This document shows, piece after piece, positions 10,698 to 19,832 of a stretch of 64,000 nucleotides of DNA (its first letter is position 1; each line of letters begins with the position of its first letter). The stretch is from Spirochaetota bacterium (GTDB lineage: Bacteria; Spirochaetota; UBA12135; COTS27; CBDBHE01). The stretch lies in assembly GCA_965205605.1 (NCBI GenBank), contig CBDBHE010000008.1, positions 40,695 to 104,694 of the forward strand, in the 5' to 3' direction. The notes under the pieces were generated by a model, which searched no databases, was not told where the DNA came from, and worked only from the letters and a program-made list of their open reading frames with translations. A program made the translations under genes and the position numbers.

Positions 10698-12178
10698 TTT
10701 TCAATCGCCACCACATACAAAGATGTCCCTCTTTGAATATGAAAAATAATTTTTTTTTTCTTGTGATATCTTTGCATTACTTTTTCATATTGACTGATGC
10801 CATTGACTTCTTCATGATTAACCAAAACAATCACATCTCCCAAACGCACCCCTTGTTGTAAAAGAGGAGATTTTTTGTTGATGTTTTCAATAACAACCCC
10901 TCTGGAGGTTTTAAGTGAAAAACGTTCTTTTGTTTTTTGATTAATGTTGTTGACAGTGATTCCTAAATATTTTTGACTTAAGTTACCCCTAGAAGAAGAG
11001 CTTGAAAGCAAGGGTTTATTTTGACCAATTTTAACTTTAATGACTATTTTCTTTTTAGGGTTACCTCTTTTTAAAAGCTCGATTTCAACAACAGTACCTG
11101 GTTTTGTATTACCAACAAAATTAATTAAATCAGAAGAATCTTTAACTTGCTTTTGATTATAACTAATAACAACATCTCCTTTTTTAATCCCTGCTTTATC
11201 TGCTGGAGAATTATCCGTTACATCAGGAACATAAACTCCTTTTTTACTAATACTTAAAGCGTCTGCCAATTTTTCATTAATATCTTGAACACTAATCCCT
11301 AACCACCCTCGAACAACACTTCCTGTTTCTTTTAACTGTCTAACAATATTTTTAACCATGTTAACAGGAATTGCAAAGCCAATGCCAATATTAGCACCAT
11401 TCTTAGAATAAATCATAGAATTAATTCCAATAACTTCCCCTTTTAAATTAATTAAAGGCCCCCCAGAGTTTCCTGGATTAATCGCAACATCTGTTTGAAT
11501 AAAATTTTCATATTTAGTATTTCCAATTCCTTTTCTTCCTTTTGCTGAAATGACCCCCATTGTAAAAGTATGAGAAAGACCAAAAGGATTGCCGATTGCA
11601 ACCGTAATATCCCCGACATTAACACTGTCCGAATTACCTAAAGTAACATGAGGTAAATTATTAACATTTTTAATTTTTAAAAGAGCCACATCTGTATCTA
11701 CATCTTGACCAACAATTTTTGCTTCATACTCTTTATCATTGTCCTTAAAGACAACAACTATTTTTATACTTCCATCAACTACATGATTATTAGAAATCAA
11801 ATAGCCATCTGAGCTAATAATAAAACCAGAACCAAACGCTGACCTATCTTCTTCAGGAAGATTATCTCTAAAACCAAAAAAACGCTTTAAAAACTCATCC
11901 CCTTGAAAAAAATCTTGAGAATTACTTCTAACAGATTTAACTACTCGAATACTCACTACCGCTGGTAAATTTCTATCGGCTATTTTATTTAAAACTTTTT
12001 GAAGCGGTAAAGCTGCAAGCTCTTTATCACTAATCGTTTCAGCTTGAAAACCTTTAGCATATAAATCAAGAGCCCCTTTTTTTAAGTCTCTATAAAAGAA
12101 AATACTTCCTAAAAGAATGCCCAATAAAATATTTAATGAAAAAATAAAAATAAATTTAAACCTTTTAAATTGATTCAT
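10694..12178 (-). CDS. htrA: Periplasmic serine endoprotease HtrA/DegP/DegQ family (trypsin-like domain plus PDZ domains)
   Basis: GNSGGPL catalytic-Ser motif, N-terminal membrane anchor, C-terminal PDZ-like repeats; 494 aa. Confidence 0.9.
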   Translation of the reverse strand: MNQFKRFKFIFIFSLNILLGILLGSIFFYRDLKKGALDLYAKGFQAETISDKELAALPLQKVLNKIADRNLPAVVSIRVVKSVRSNSQDFFQGDEFLKRFFGFRDNLPEEDRSAFGSGFIISSDGYLISNNHVVDGSIKIVVVFKDNDKEYEAKIVGQDVDTDVALLKIKNVNNLPHVTLGNSDSVNVGDITVAIGNPFGLSHTFTMGVISAKGRKGIGNTKYENFIQTDVAINPGNSGGPLINLKGEVIGINSMIYSKNGANIGIGFAIPVNMVKNIVRQLKETGSVVRGWLGISVQDINEKLADALSISKKGVYVPDVTDNSPADKAGIKKGDVVISYNQKQVKDSSDLINFVGNTKPGTVVEIELLKRGNPKKKIVIKVKIGQNKPLLSSSSSRGNLSQKYLGITVNNINQKTKERFSLKTSRGVVIENINKKSPLLQQGVRLGDVIVLVNHEEVNGISQYEKVMQRYHKKKKIIFHIQRGTSLYVVAIEN

Positions 12179-12614
12179 AAAAAATACTCCTAAGTTTGAT
12201 TTTTAATCAATACTTTTATTTAAATACATAATAATTAAAATTCTAACATAAAAAACATTATTTTTAATGAAAATAATATTGCCTAATAACAATAATAAGT
12301 GAAATTATTAGATGTTTTTCTTAAATTAATAAACCACAAATGAGATTTTTTCTTGGAAGCTTGCAAATTTTTTAAAAAAATTTTTACCTATTTTTTGCAT
12401 ATAGCTGTCATCTCCTTCGTTTTGTAGAATGTAACAAACCCTCTTTAATTTGGAAAAATGCTCAAAAAATCAAAGAATTTTAAAAAAAAAATCTCACCAC
12501 ACAAATCAATCCACCCAACAATTCCTAAAATAAAATCATTCCCTTGTGCTAATTGTAAAAGCTATCTTGTTTAATTCTAAAATTTCTCTTGGTTGTACCG
12601 AAACACAGCCTTGT

Positions 12615-12658
12615 ATACCACAAAAACAAAACTTTAATACCACAAAAACAAAACTTTA
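12615..12658. repeat. Tandem direct repeat, 22 bp x 2 (taccacaaaaacaaaactttaa / ...tttag)
   Basis: Read directly: units at 12615-12636 and 12637-12658, 21 of 22 identical, inside a 535-bp spacer with no ORF of 60 aa or more. Confidence 0.6.
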
Positions 12659-12714
12659 GAATATTTCCAAAAATGCCAATGCCAATCAATTCTTATCACA
12701 AATACACCCCATCT

Positions 12715-13050
12715 TTAAAGTTCAAAAATTCTCTCCATTAAAGTCCATTTTTCTTTTTCATTTGCCTCTGCTACTGACTCTTGAAGTGTGCCCATTAAGT
12801 CTTCCCATTCTTGACATCGTGGATGGAGCTTTAAATAATTTGGCAAATTTTTTCTAATATCAAAATCTTCTTTACCTTCTAAAACCATAAAAAGTCGCCT
12901 TCCCAAAAGATAAATATTCATCTTTTTAACACCTACTTTTTTTAAAGCTTCAACAACCTCTGGCCATGGATTTGCATGATAATCCTTGTACTTTTTAATA
13001 AGTTCTTTATTATTTTTTAAATCAATGCAAAAAGCGTATTCTTTCATCAA
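12715..13050 (-). CDS. L-rhamnose mutarotase family protein (RhaM/YiiL-like)
   Basis: 111-aa ORF; HANPWPEV...NIYL...RLFMVLE...CQEW pattern aligns with E. coli YiiL (HNPIWPEL...AIYL...LLFA...CQRWW). Confidence 0.55.
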   Translation of the reverse strand: MMKEYAFCIDLKNNKELIKKYKDYHANPWPEVVEALKKVGVKKMNIYLLGRRLFMVLEGKEDFDIRKNLPNYLKLHPRCQEWEDLMGTLQESVAEANEKEKWTLMERIFEL

Positions 13051-13438
13051 AAGCTAACCCCCTTAGTAAGTCTTACTTGCTATAATATTGCTCTTAAAAT
13101 TATTCAAAATAATCAAAAAATTTTCTATTCAAAAATAGCCTTCTTTCATTCAAGATACTTTATTTATTATAAAGCCGTGAAAAAAAGAAATGACATCTAA
13201 ATAAAAAATCTATTTCTTTTTATTATTTTTATCATTCTCCTATAACTAAAAAACAATTTGTTTTTTATTAAAAACAATCTTGATATAAATTCAATTGTTA
13301 TATAATAATAAATAAATTATAACTATTTAAATTCAAATATCTCCTAAACTTAAGATCATTATTTTTTCAATTCTTAAATGTCAACAAAAGAAAAATTAAT
13401 GTTAACTTACTTAAGTTTAATTTAAATAATAATGAATC

Positions 13439-16102
13439 ATGATTAAAAAAAATTTAGTAAAATGGGGGGAAATTTCTAATAAACACTGGAAGTGGATTTT
13501 AAGCTTTGCATTTATAATAACACTTATTGCACTTTTTGGTGCAATCAAAGTTAAACTTAATTTCTCAAATACAATTTTTTTTCCAAAAGATTCTTTACAA
13601 TCAAATCAATTAAAAAGCATTTATAATGAATTTTCAACTGCCTTCTCTATCTTTTTATTAGTAGAAGCTAATAATAAAAAAGAAACTATCGCAACAATTG
13701 ACCTCATTAGCAAAGAATTAAAAAAAAACGAAGATATTAAATTTATTATCGATAAAAAAAATATTGATTTTATTTATCAAAATTTTCTTCTTTTAATTGA
13801 TGACAAATCCTTTGATACCAATTTAAAACTGTTAAAAAATCCTTCCTTTAATAATCTTGTTGAGGTTTTTAATGAAAATATTAAAAAAAAAATTGAAGAT
13901 AAAAGTATTTTTAAAAATGAAGATCAAACAGTCCAAAATTTAAATAATCTCATTAAAATATTAGAAAATTTAATGAATTTTTTAGATCATAAACAATCCA
14001 TTAATACAGAGAATTTAGAAAAAAATCTCAAAAATATTTTTATAGGTCAAAATTATTTTTTAAATATAGATGAAAACAAAGGATTTCTTCTACTAATTCC
14101 TAAATATTCCTCTTCTAACAGAGACTATCTTATAAACGGACTTGAAAAACTAGAGCAACAATTAAGTCAAATAAAACTTGCAAAAGGAGTCACTATAGGA
14201 TTAACCGGTCCTCACATTAGAAACCGAGAAGGCGTTATTAGTGGCAATAAAAATATTAAATATTCATTTTTTATTTCTTTTATTTCAATTTTTTTCTTAC
14301 TAATTTTTTCTCTTAGAATGAAATCTTCTCCAATTATTATTATGGGAACGCTTTTTATAGGATTTACTTGGACGATAGGAACGATTGGTTTTTTATACCA
14401 AACACTTAACGTTTTACATGGCATGGTGCTTGTTTCTCTTTCTGGTATTGGAATTGATTTTTCAGTCCACTTTATGATGTCTTATACCCAAGAACGTTTT
14501 AATCACAAAAGAATCCATGAAGAGTCTTTAAATAAAAGCTTTTCAAAAACAGGAAAAGGCATCATTGGAGGAGCGATTACTTCTATTTTAGTTTTTTTAG
14601 TTTTTCAAATTTCTCGAATGGAATTTTTGAAAGATTTAGGAATTATTGCTGCTATTCACATTATTTCTCAAGTTTTAGCAATGTTTATAGTCCTTCCTTG
14701 CCTCATTTGTTTGAAAAATAAAATGAAACAAAACAGCTCAGCTCAATCAAAATATTCAAAAATTTATTATTTTAAAATAACTAAATTTTGGATACAAATT
14801 TCTCGATACCCCAAAAGGACTTTAGGGGTTATTCTTTTAATTATTTCTCTTCTATCTTTTGGGATTCCTTTTGTAAAACAAGTTGACAACCCACTTGATT
14901 TTTATCACAAAAACCTTGCTTCCATTCAAGTGCAAGATAAATTAATCAAATACTTTAATCTTGCTCCAGAAGGATTGGTTATTCAATCTGATAGCATCAA
15001 AAACACAAGAAAGCTTCATAATGCATTAATGGCTGTTTCAAATGTAAAAATGGTAAATTCTATTATTAATTTCTTACCATCTACTAAAACACAAAAAAAA
15101 CGATTTTCTGAAATAAAAAAAATCAAAAAAAGAAAAGTTAGCTACTTTTTTTTAAAAGATCGAAGCAAAGTCACTAAAAATTTAAAAAACCTAGAAAAAA
15201 CTTTGTTAAAAGCTTCTCTATTTGCACAAACCCATAAAAAGGAAGAAGTTGTGAAATTACTAAAAAAAATAGGGATTAACACTAACAGTCAAACTTCTAA
15301 AATCAGTCAATTAGTCAAAGCTTTAAAAAAGAAAAATACTAAAAATAAAATCATTTTAACAACTTTAAATCAAACAGTTGATAAATTTAAAAATCAAATT
15401 ATTTCTGAAAAATTTATTACGATTGATAATATACCAGAAAATATCAAATATCAATTAGTTTCAACTGATCATAGTAAATTTTTATTAACCATATTTCCTT
15501 CTAAAAATCCTTGGCCAAAAAAATTTAGAAAACAATTTATTGCTTCTGTTCATCAAATTTCCCAAAAAGCTACAGGTTTAATCCTCTTAGCAGAAGAGTA
15601 CTATAAAGTTATTGGTGAAGACAGCTTCATGATTGTTCCCATTGCTTTCTTAATCGTCTTTTTTTATGTTTTAATAATCTTAAGACATTTCTACTTATCT
15701 ATTTTTGCTATGGTTCCTGTTGTTTTATCATCTGTTAGTTTATTAGGCATCATGGGATTTTTTAAAATTCACTTTAACTTTATTAACCTTGTTTGTCTTC
15801 CTCTAATAATAGGCATTGGGGTTGACTATAGCATTCATATTTGTGATCGATATTTAAAAGAAGGGAAAGGTCACCTAAATATTGTTATTAAAAATGTAGG
15901 CGAAGCAATTTTCCTTTCTGCTTTAACAACAGCCATTGGATTTTCTTCTATTATTCCATCGATTATGAAAGCTATTAGTAGCACAGGTATCGTTTTAACG
16001 ATAGCTGTTTTGTTATGTTATTTATACACGATGGCGGTTTTACCAAATCTAATTAAAATAGGGGAAAAAAAACTCAATTGGAAAATAACTCCTAAGTACT
16101 AA
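13439..16102 (+). CDS. MMPL/RND-superfamily membrane exporter
   Basis: 887 aa; two clusters of transmembrane helices each followed by a large soluble loop, the typical MMPL/RND topology. Confidence 0.65.
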   Translation: MIKKNLVKWGEISNKHWKWILSFAFIITLIALFGAIKVKLNFSNTIFFPKDSLQSNQLKSIYNEFSTAFSIFLLVEANNKKETIATIDLISKELKKNEDIKFIIDKKNIDFIYQNFLLLIDDKSFDTNLKLLKNPSFNNLVEVFNENIKKKIEDKSIFKNEDQTVQNLNNLIKILENLMNFLDHKQSINTENLEKNLKNIFIGQNYFLNIDENKGFLLLIPKYSSSNRDYLINGLEKLEQQLSQIKLAKGVTIGLTGPHIRNREGVISGNKNIKYSFFISFISIFFLLIFSLRMKSSPIIIMGTLFIGFTWTIGTIGFLYQTLNVLHGMVLVSLSGIGIDFSVHFMMSYTQERFNHKRIHEESLNKSFSKTGKGIIGGAITSILVFLVFQISRMEFLKDLGIIAAIHIISQVLAMFIVLPCLICLKNKMKQNSSAQSKYSKIYYFKITKFWIQISRYPKRTLGVILLIISLLSFGIPFVKQVDNPLDFYHKNLASIQVQDKLIKYFNLAPEGLVIQSDSIKNTRKLHNALMAVSNVKMVNSIINFLPSTKTQKKRFSEIKKIKKRKVSYFFLKDRSKVTKNLKNLEKTLLKASLFAQTHKKEEVVKLLKKIGINTNSQTSKISQLVKALKKKNTKNKIILTTLNQTVDKFKNQIISEKFITIDNIPENIKYQLVSTDHSKFLLTIFPSKNPWPKKFRKQFIASVHQISQKATGLILLAEEYYKVIGEDSFMIVPIAFLIVFFYVLIILRHFYLSIFAMVPVVLSSVSLLGIMGFFKIHFNFINLVCLPLIIGIGVDYSIHICDRYLKEGKGHLNIVIKNVGEAIFLSALTTAIGFSSIIPSIMKAISSTGIVLTIAVLLCYLYTMAVLPNLIKIGEKKLNWKITPKY

Positions 16103-16115
16103 ATCCAATTAATGA

Positions 16116-16766
16116 ATGGCTTGCACCTATCCTGTTTTAATTGATTTAAAAGATCAAAAAATTTTAATTATAGGAGGAGGAAATACAGCTTTTCAAAAAA
16201 CCACTAAGCTTTTAAAAACTCATTGCTATCTTACGATTATTAGTCCTTCTATTTCAATTCAATTTCAATCTATTTTGCCTAAAATTAATTATCTTTCAAA
16301 AAAGGCTACTTTAAAAGATATTAAAAAAGATTACAAACTTATATTTGCTTGTACAAATGATGTTGTATTTAATGAAAAAGTAGCTCAATATGCAAAAAAA
16401 CAAAATCTTTTAATTAATAATAGTAGTCAAAAAAAAAATTCCAACTTCCATAACGCCATTACAATTGAACAAACCCCTCTTTTAATATCAATTTATTCAA
16501 GTGGATTCCCTTTTTTTTCAAAATATCTAAAAAAAATTATTGAAAACCAATTTTTTCCAAAGTATGCTTTGTTAGCTAAATTTCTCTATCCCTATGGAGA
16601 AAGGCTTAAAAACAATTCATACCAAAAAGTTGATTTTTTTTTAAAAAAAATTTCAAAAACTAAAATAAAAAGATTACTACTTAAATATCAAAAGTATAAA
16701 CAAAAATCTATTTTAAAAAAATGTATTAAAATTACTGAAAAAACACTTAAAAAATGCATCCAGTAA
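16116..16766 (+). CDS. Precorrin-2 dehydrogenase / sirohydrochlorin ferrochelatase (siroheme synthase N-terminal domain, CysG-N/SirC-like)
   Basis: Rossmann motif ILIIGGGNTAFQK at the N-terminus; 216 aa; immediately upstream of and overlapping the CobA/HemD gene. Confidence 0.65.
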   Translation: MACTYPVLIDLKDQKILIIGGGNTAFQKTTKLLKTHCYLTIISPSISIQFQSILPKINYLSKKATLKDIKKDYKLIFACTNDVVFNEKVAQYAKKQNLLINNSSQKKNSNFHNAITIEQTPLLISIYSSGFPFFSKYLKKIIENQFFPKYALLAKFLYPYGERLKNNSYQKVDFFLKKISKTKIKRLLLKYQKYKQKSILKKCIKITEKTLKKCIQ

Positions 16767-18283
16767 AATGTTTTTTAGTAGGAGCTGGTCCAGGTGATAT
16801 TGGTCTACTAACCCTTAAAGCTTTTAACCTATTAAAAAAAGCCAATGTTGTTGTTTATGACAACCTTATTCCCAAAGAAGCTCTTTCTTTTTGCCCAAAA
16901 AATTCAAAAAAAATCTATGTTGGAAAAACAAGAAGTAAAAAAGATCCAAAACAAAAAACGATCAACAATATCCTCATTAAAGAATGTTTACTTGCAAAAA
17001 ACAAAATTCTTTTAAAATCAAAAAAAACATTTTACATTATTCGTCTTAAAGGAGGCGATCCTTTTATTTTTGGAAGAGGTTATGAGGAAATAAATGCCTT
17101 AAAAGAAAATAAAATTCCTTTTGAAATTATTCCTGGTATTTCTTCTTTTTATGCTGTTTCCACTTACGCAGGTATTCCTCTCACCCTAAGGGAATCTTCT
17201 AGAAGTTTTTCTGTTATGACAGGTCACTTTAAAAAAGAGGATAACAACAAAGATATGCTTATTTCTTCGACAGACACGGTTATTTATTTAATGGGTATTA
17301 AAAATATCAAAAAAATTATTGAAAAAAACATCAAAGCCAATAAGCCTTTAGATACTCCCATTGCTATTATTGAAAATGGCTGTACTTTAAAACAAAAAAC
17401 AACTGTTTCAACCCTGGGAAACATAAAAGAACAATTAAAAAATAAACAATTAAAATTAGGACATCCAGGTCTTATTATTATGGGTGATGTTGTTAAATGT
17501 CGTAATACAATGAACTGGTATGAAAAAAAACCTCTTTTTGGAAAAAATATTGTGATAACAAGAAACCTTGAAGAACTCCCTGCTTTGAATGCTTCTTTAA
17601 CTAATTTTGGAGCAAATGTAACTTGTTTACCCGTTATTTCAAATGACTCTTATCAAAAAAAAGAAAAATTTCTTATTGAAAAATTAAAAGAAAATCATCA
17701 AAAAATGATTATTTTTACTTCTTCTAGAGCGGTTAATCGTTTTTTTGAAACATTAAAAAAAAATAAAAAAGATATTAGAATCTTATATAAGAGTCAAATT
17801 ATTTCCATTGGCAAAGAAACAACCAAAACAATCAAAAAGTATCATCTTAATATTGATCTTAAATCTAAAAATTCTTCTCAAGAAGGTATTGTAACTCTTT
17901 TAAAAAAACAAAGCAATCTAAACAAGGTTGAAATCATCCTTCCAAGAGCTTTGGAATCTAGAAAAGTTTTAGAGGCATTTTTAAAAGAAAAAAAAATACC
18001 TTATAGCCTTATTCCTCTTTACAAAACAACCGCTAACCGAGTTGATTTAAAGCAAATACACCACTCTGATGCTATTTTATTTGCTTCTCCAAGTGCCGTT
18101 AATTCATTTTTTAGTCAATATAAAAAAACTAAAATAAAACAACCAAATCCTATTTTTGTTTGTATTGGCCCTATTACAAGAAAAGAAGTGGAAAAATGGG
18201 GTTACCCATCAAAATCCCTTAGAGACAAACCAAGCTTTGAAAATTTAGCAAAATTGGTCGTAAATCTATTATCTAATTCTTGA
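16754..18283 (+). CDS. cobA: Uroporphyrinogen-III C-methyltransferase fused to uroporphyrinogen-III synthase (CobA/HemD)
   Basis: N-terminal SUMT motif LVGAGPGDIGLLTLKA and GGDPFIFGRG; C-terminal ~250 aa HemD-like; 509 aa. Confidence 0.85.
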   Translation: MHPVKCFLVGAGPGDIGLLTLKAFNLLKKANVVVYDNLIPKEALSFCPKNSKKIYVGKTRSKKDPKQKTINNILIKECLLAKNKILLKSKKTFYIIRLKGGDPFIFGRGYEEINALKENKIPFEIIPGISSFYAVSTYAGIPLTLRESSRSFSVMTGHFKKEDNNKDMLISSTDTVIYLMGIKNIKKIIEKNIKANKPLDTPIAIIENGCTLKQKTTVSTLGNIKEQLKNKQLKLGHPGLIIMGDVVKCRNTMNWYEKKPLFGKNIVITRNLEELPALNASLTNFGANVTCLPVISNDSYQKKEKFLIEKLKENHQKMIIFTSSRAVNRFFETLKKNKKDIRILYKSQIISIGKETTKTIKKYHLNIDLKSKNSSQEGIVTLLKKQSNLNKVEIILPRALESRKVLEAFLKEKKIPYSLIPLYKTTANRVDLKQIHHSDAILFASPSAVNSFFSQYKKTKIKQPNPIFVCIGPITRKEVEKWGYPSKSLRDKPSFENLAKLVVNLLSNS

Positions 18284-18295
18284 TTCTATAAATAT

Positions 18296-19195
18296 TTATA
18301 TTCCTATATAAGCAGCTCCAAAAACTCCTGCACTATCTCCTAATTGATTGGAAACAATAGAAGTTTTACAGCTATCTGAAAAAACATATTTTTTAACATG
18401 CTCAACTCCTAAGGTGTACAATTCTTTTACTTGAGAAACCCCCCCTCCAATAACAATCAAATCTGGATCTAAAAGATTGATCACATTAGCTAAAGCTCTA
18501 GCAAAATAATCTAAGTAGATTTCCATAAATTCCAAACAATGGGTGTCTTTGTTACGAAAATTTTCAATAATTTGGGGAAAACTAAGAATCTTTTTATACT
18601 GATTTTCAAAAAGTTTACTCGCCCCATTTCCACTAAGGTAAACTTCCACACACCCTCTCTTCCCACAATAACATTTAGGGCCTTTTACTTCAAGCATCAT
18701 GTGTCCCCATTCCCCAGCAATTCCCTCTTTTCCTTTATAAAGTTTTCCTTCATATACAATCCCCCCCCCACATCCAGTGCCTAAAACAATCCCAAAAACC
18801 ATTTTTTGATTAATCCCTGAGCCATTTATCGCTTCTGCTAAAGTAAAACAATTAGCATCATTTTCAATAACAATTTTTTTTTCTAATAGTCCTTCTAAAT
18901 CTTGTTTAAAAGGCTTGCCATTAAGACAAAGTGTGTTTGAATTTCGCAAATTTCCTGTTTCTAAAGAAATAGAACCTGGAGTACAAATTCCAAAAGAAGT
19001 CTCTTGAGAAGAAAAATCTTGAATTAATTCCTTATATAAAGAAAAAATCTGATTTAATAAATGATGATAACCTTTTGTTTGTTCTGTAGCGATTCTTTTT
19101 CTTTTAATTTCTTTGCCTTCTTTATTAAGGACAATGCCTTCAATTTTGGTCCCACCTAAATCAATCCCTACTTGATATTTTTTTTTATGATGCAT
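18296..19195 (-). CDS. ROK-family sugar kinase (glucokinase-like)
   Basis: IDLGGTKIEG N-terminus, LGTGCGGGIVYEG and zinc motif CYCGKRGCVE typical of ROK kinases. Confidence 0.8.
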   Translation of the reverse strand: MHHKKKYQVGIDLGGTKIEGIVLNKEGKEIKRKRIATEQTKGYHHLLNQIFSLYKELIQDFSSQETSFGICTPGSISLETGNLRNSNTLCLNGKPFKQDLEGLLEKKIVIENDANCFTLAEAINGSGINQKMVFGIVLGTGCGGGIVYEGKLYKGKEGIAGEWGHMMLEVKGPKCYCGKRGCVEVYLSGNGASKLFENQYKKILSFPQIIENFRNKDTHCLEFMEIYLDYFARALANVINLLDPDLIVIGGGVSQVKELYTLGVEHVKKYVFSDSCKTSIVSNQLGDSAGVFGAAYIGI

Positions 19196-19215
19196 ACAAT
19201 GTAATTAATAAAAAG

Positions 19216-19800
19216 TTATTTCAACTTTTCTAGTATTTCCTTCCAATCAAAAATCTCCTTATTAAAAACAATTTTTATCAAAAATAAACTTCTTTTATCT
19301 TTTTTCTCATAGATTAATTGGTACTGATTTTTCCCTAAAAGAAAGTCAAAAAAATCACTTAAATCTTTTTTAACAAGATCAAAAGTTTCTTTTTCATTAG
19401 GAGCAATTGCTCTATCATTTATTTGAAAAATAAGCTGTGATACATTAAATTCACATTTTTTAGAAAGAGTTTCAAAAAATTTGAAATCCAAAAATCTTTT
19501 TATAAAATTTTTAAAAGTTGTTTTTAATTTTAAAACATTATCAGATTCACCTAAAAAACCATTTCTAAAATAAGAAAAAAAAAGAGCTTTTTCTTCAATT
19601 TCTTCGATCGCATAGCTTTCGTGATGCCCTGCTAAAAATAATTTAACTCCCCCGTACACATGAGCATAGCTGACAACATCAACAAAAATTTCTGGACTAT
19701 TTGGGATCCAATGATTAAAACATTGATAAAAAAGATCTAAAGGGAGATCTTTAGATTTTTTAAAACCAATACTCCATTTGATTTTTTCTAAGAAATTCAT
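19216..19800 (-). CDS. Hypothetical protein
   Basis: 194-aa ORF between the sulfite reductase and ROK kinase genes, same strand; no recognised motif. Confidence 0.45.
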   Translation of the reverse strand: MNFLEKIKWSIGFKKSKDLPLDLFYQCFNHWIPNSPEIFVDVVSYAHVYGGVKLFLAGHHESYAIEEIEEKALFFSYFRNGFLGESDNVLKLKTTFKNFIKRFLDFKFFETLSKKCEFNVSQLIFQINDRAIAPNEKETFDLVKKDLSDFFDFLLGKNQYQLIYEKKDKRSLFLIKIVFNKEIFDWKEILEKLK

Positions 19801-19832
19801 TGATTAATATTTTATTTTTTAAAAAAAGATAT

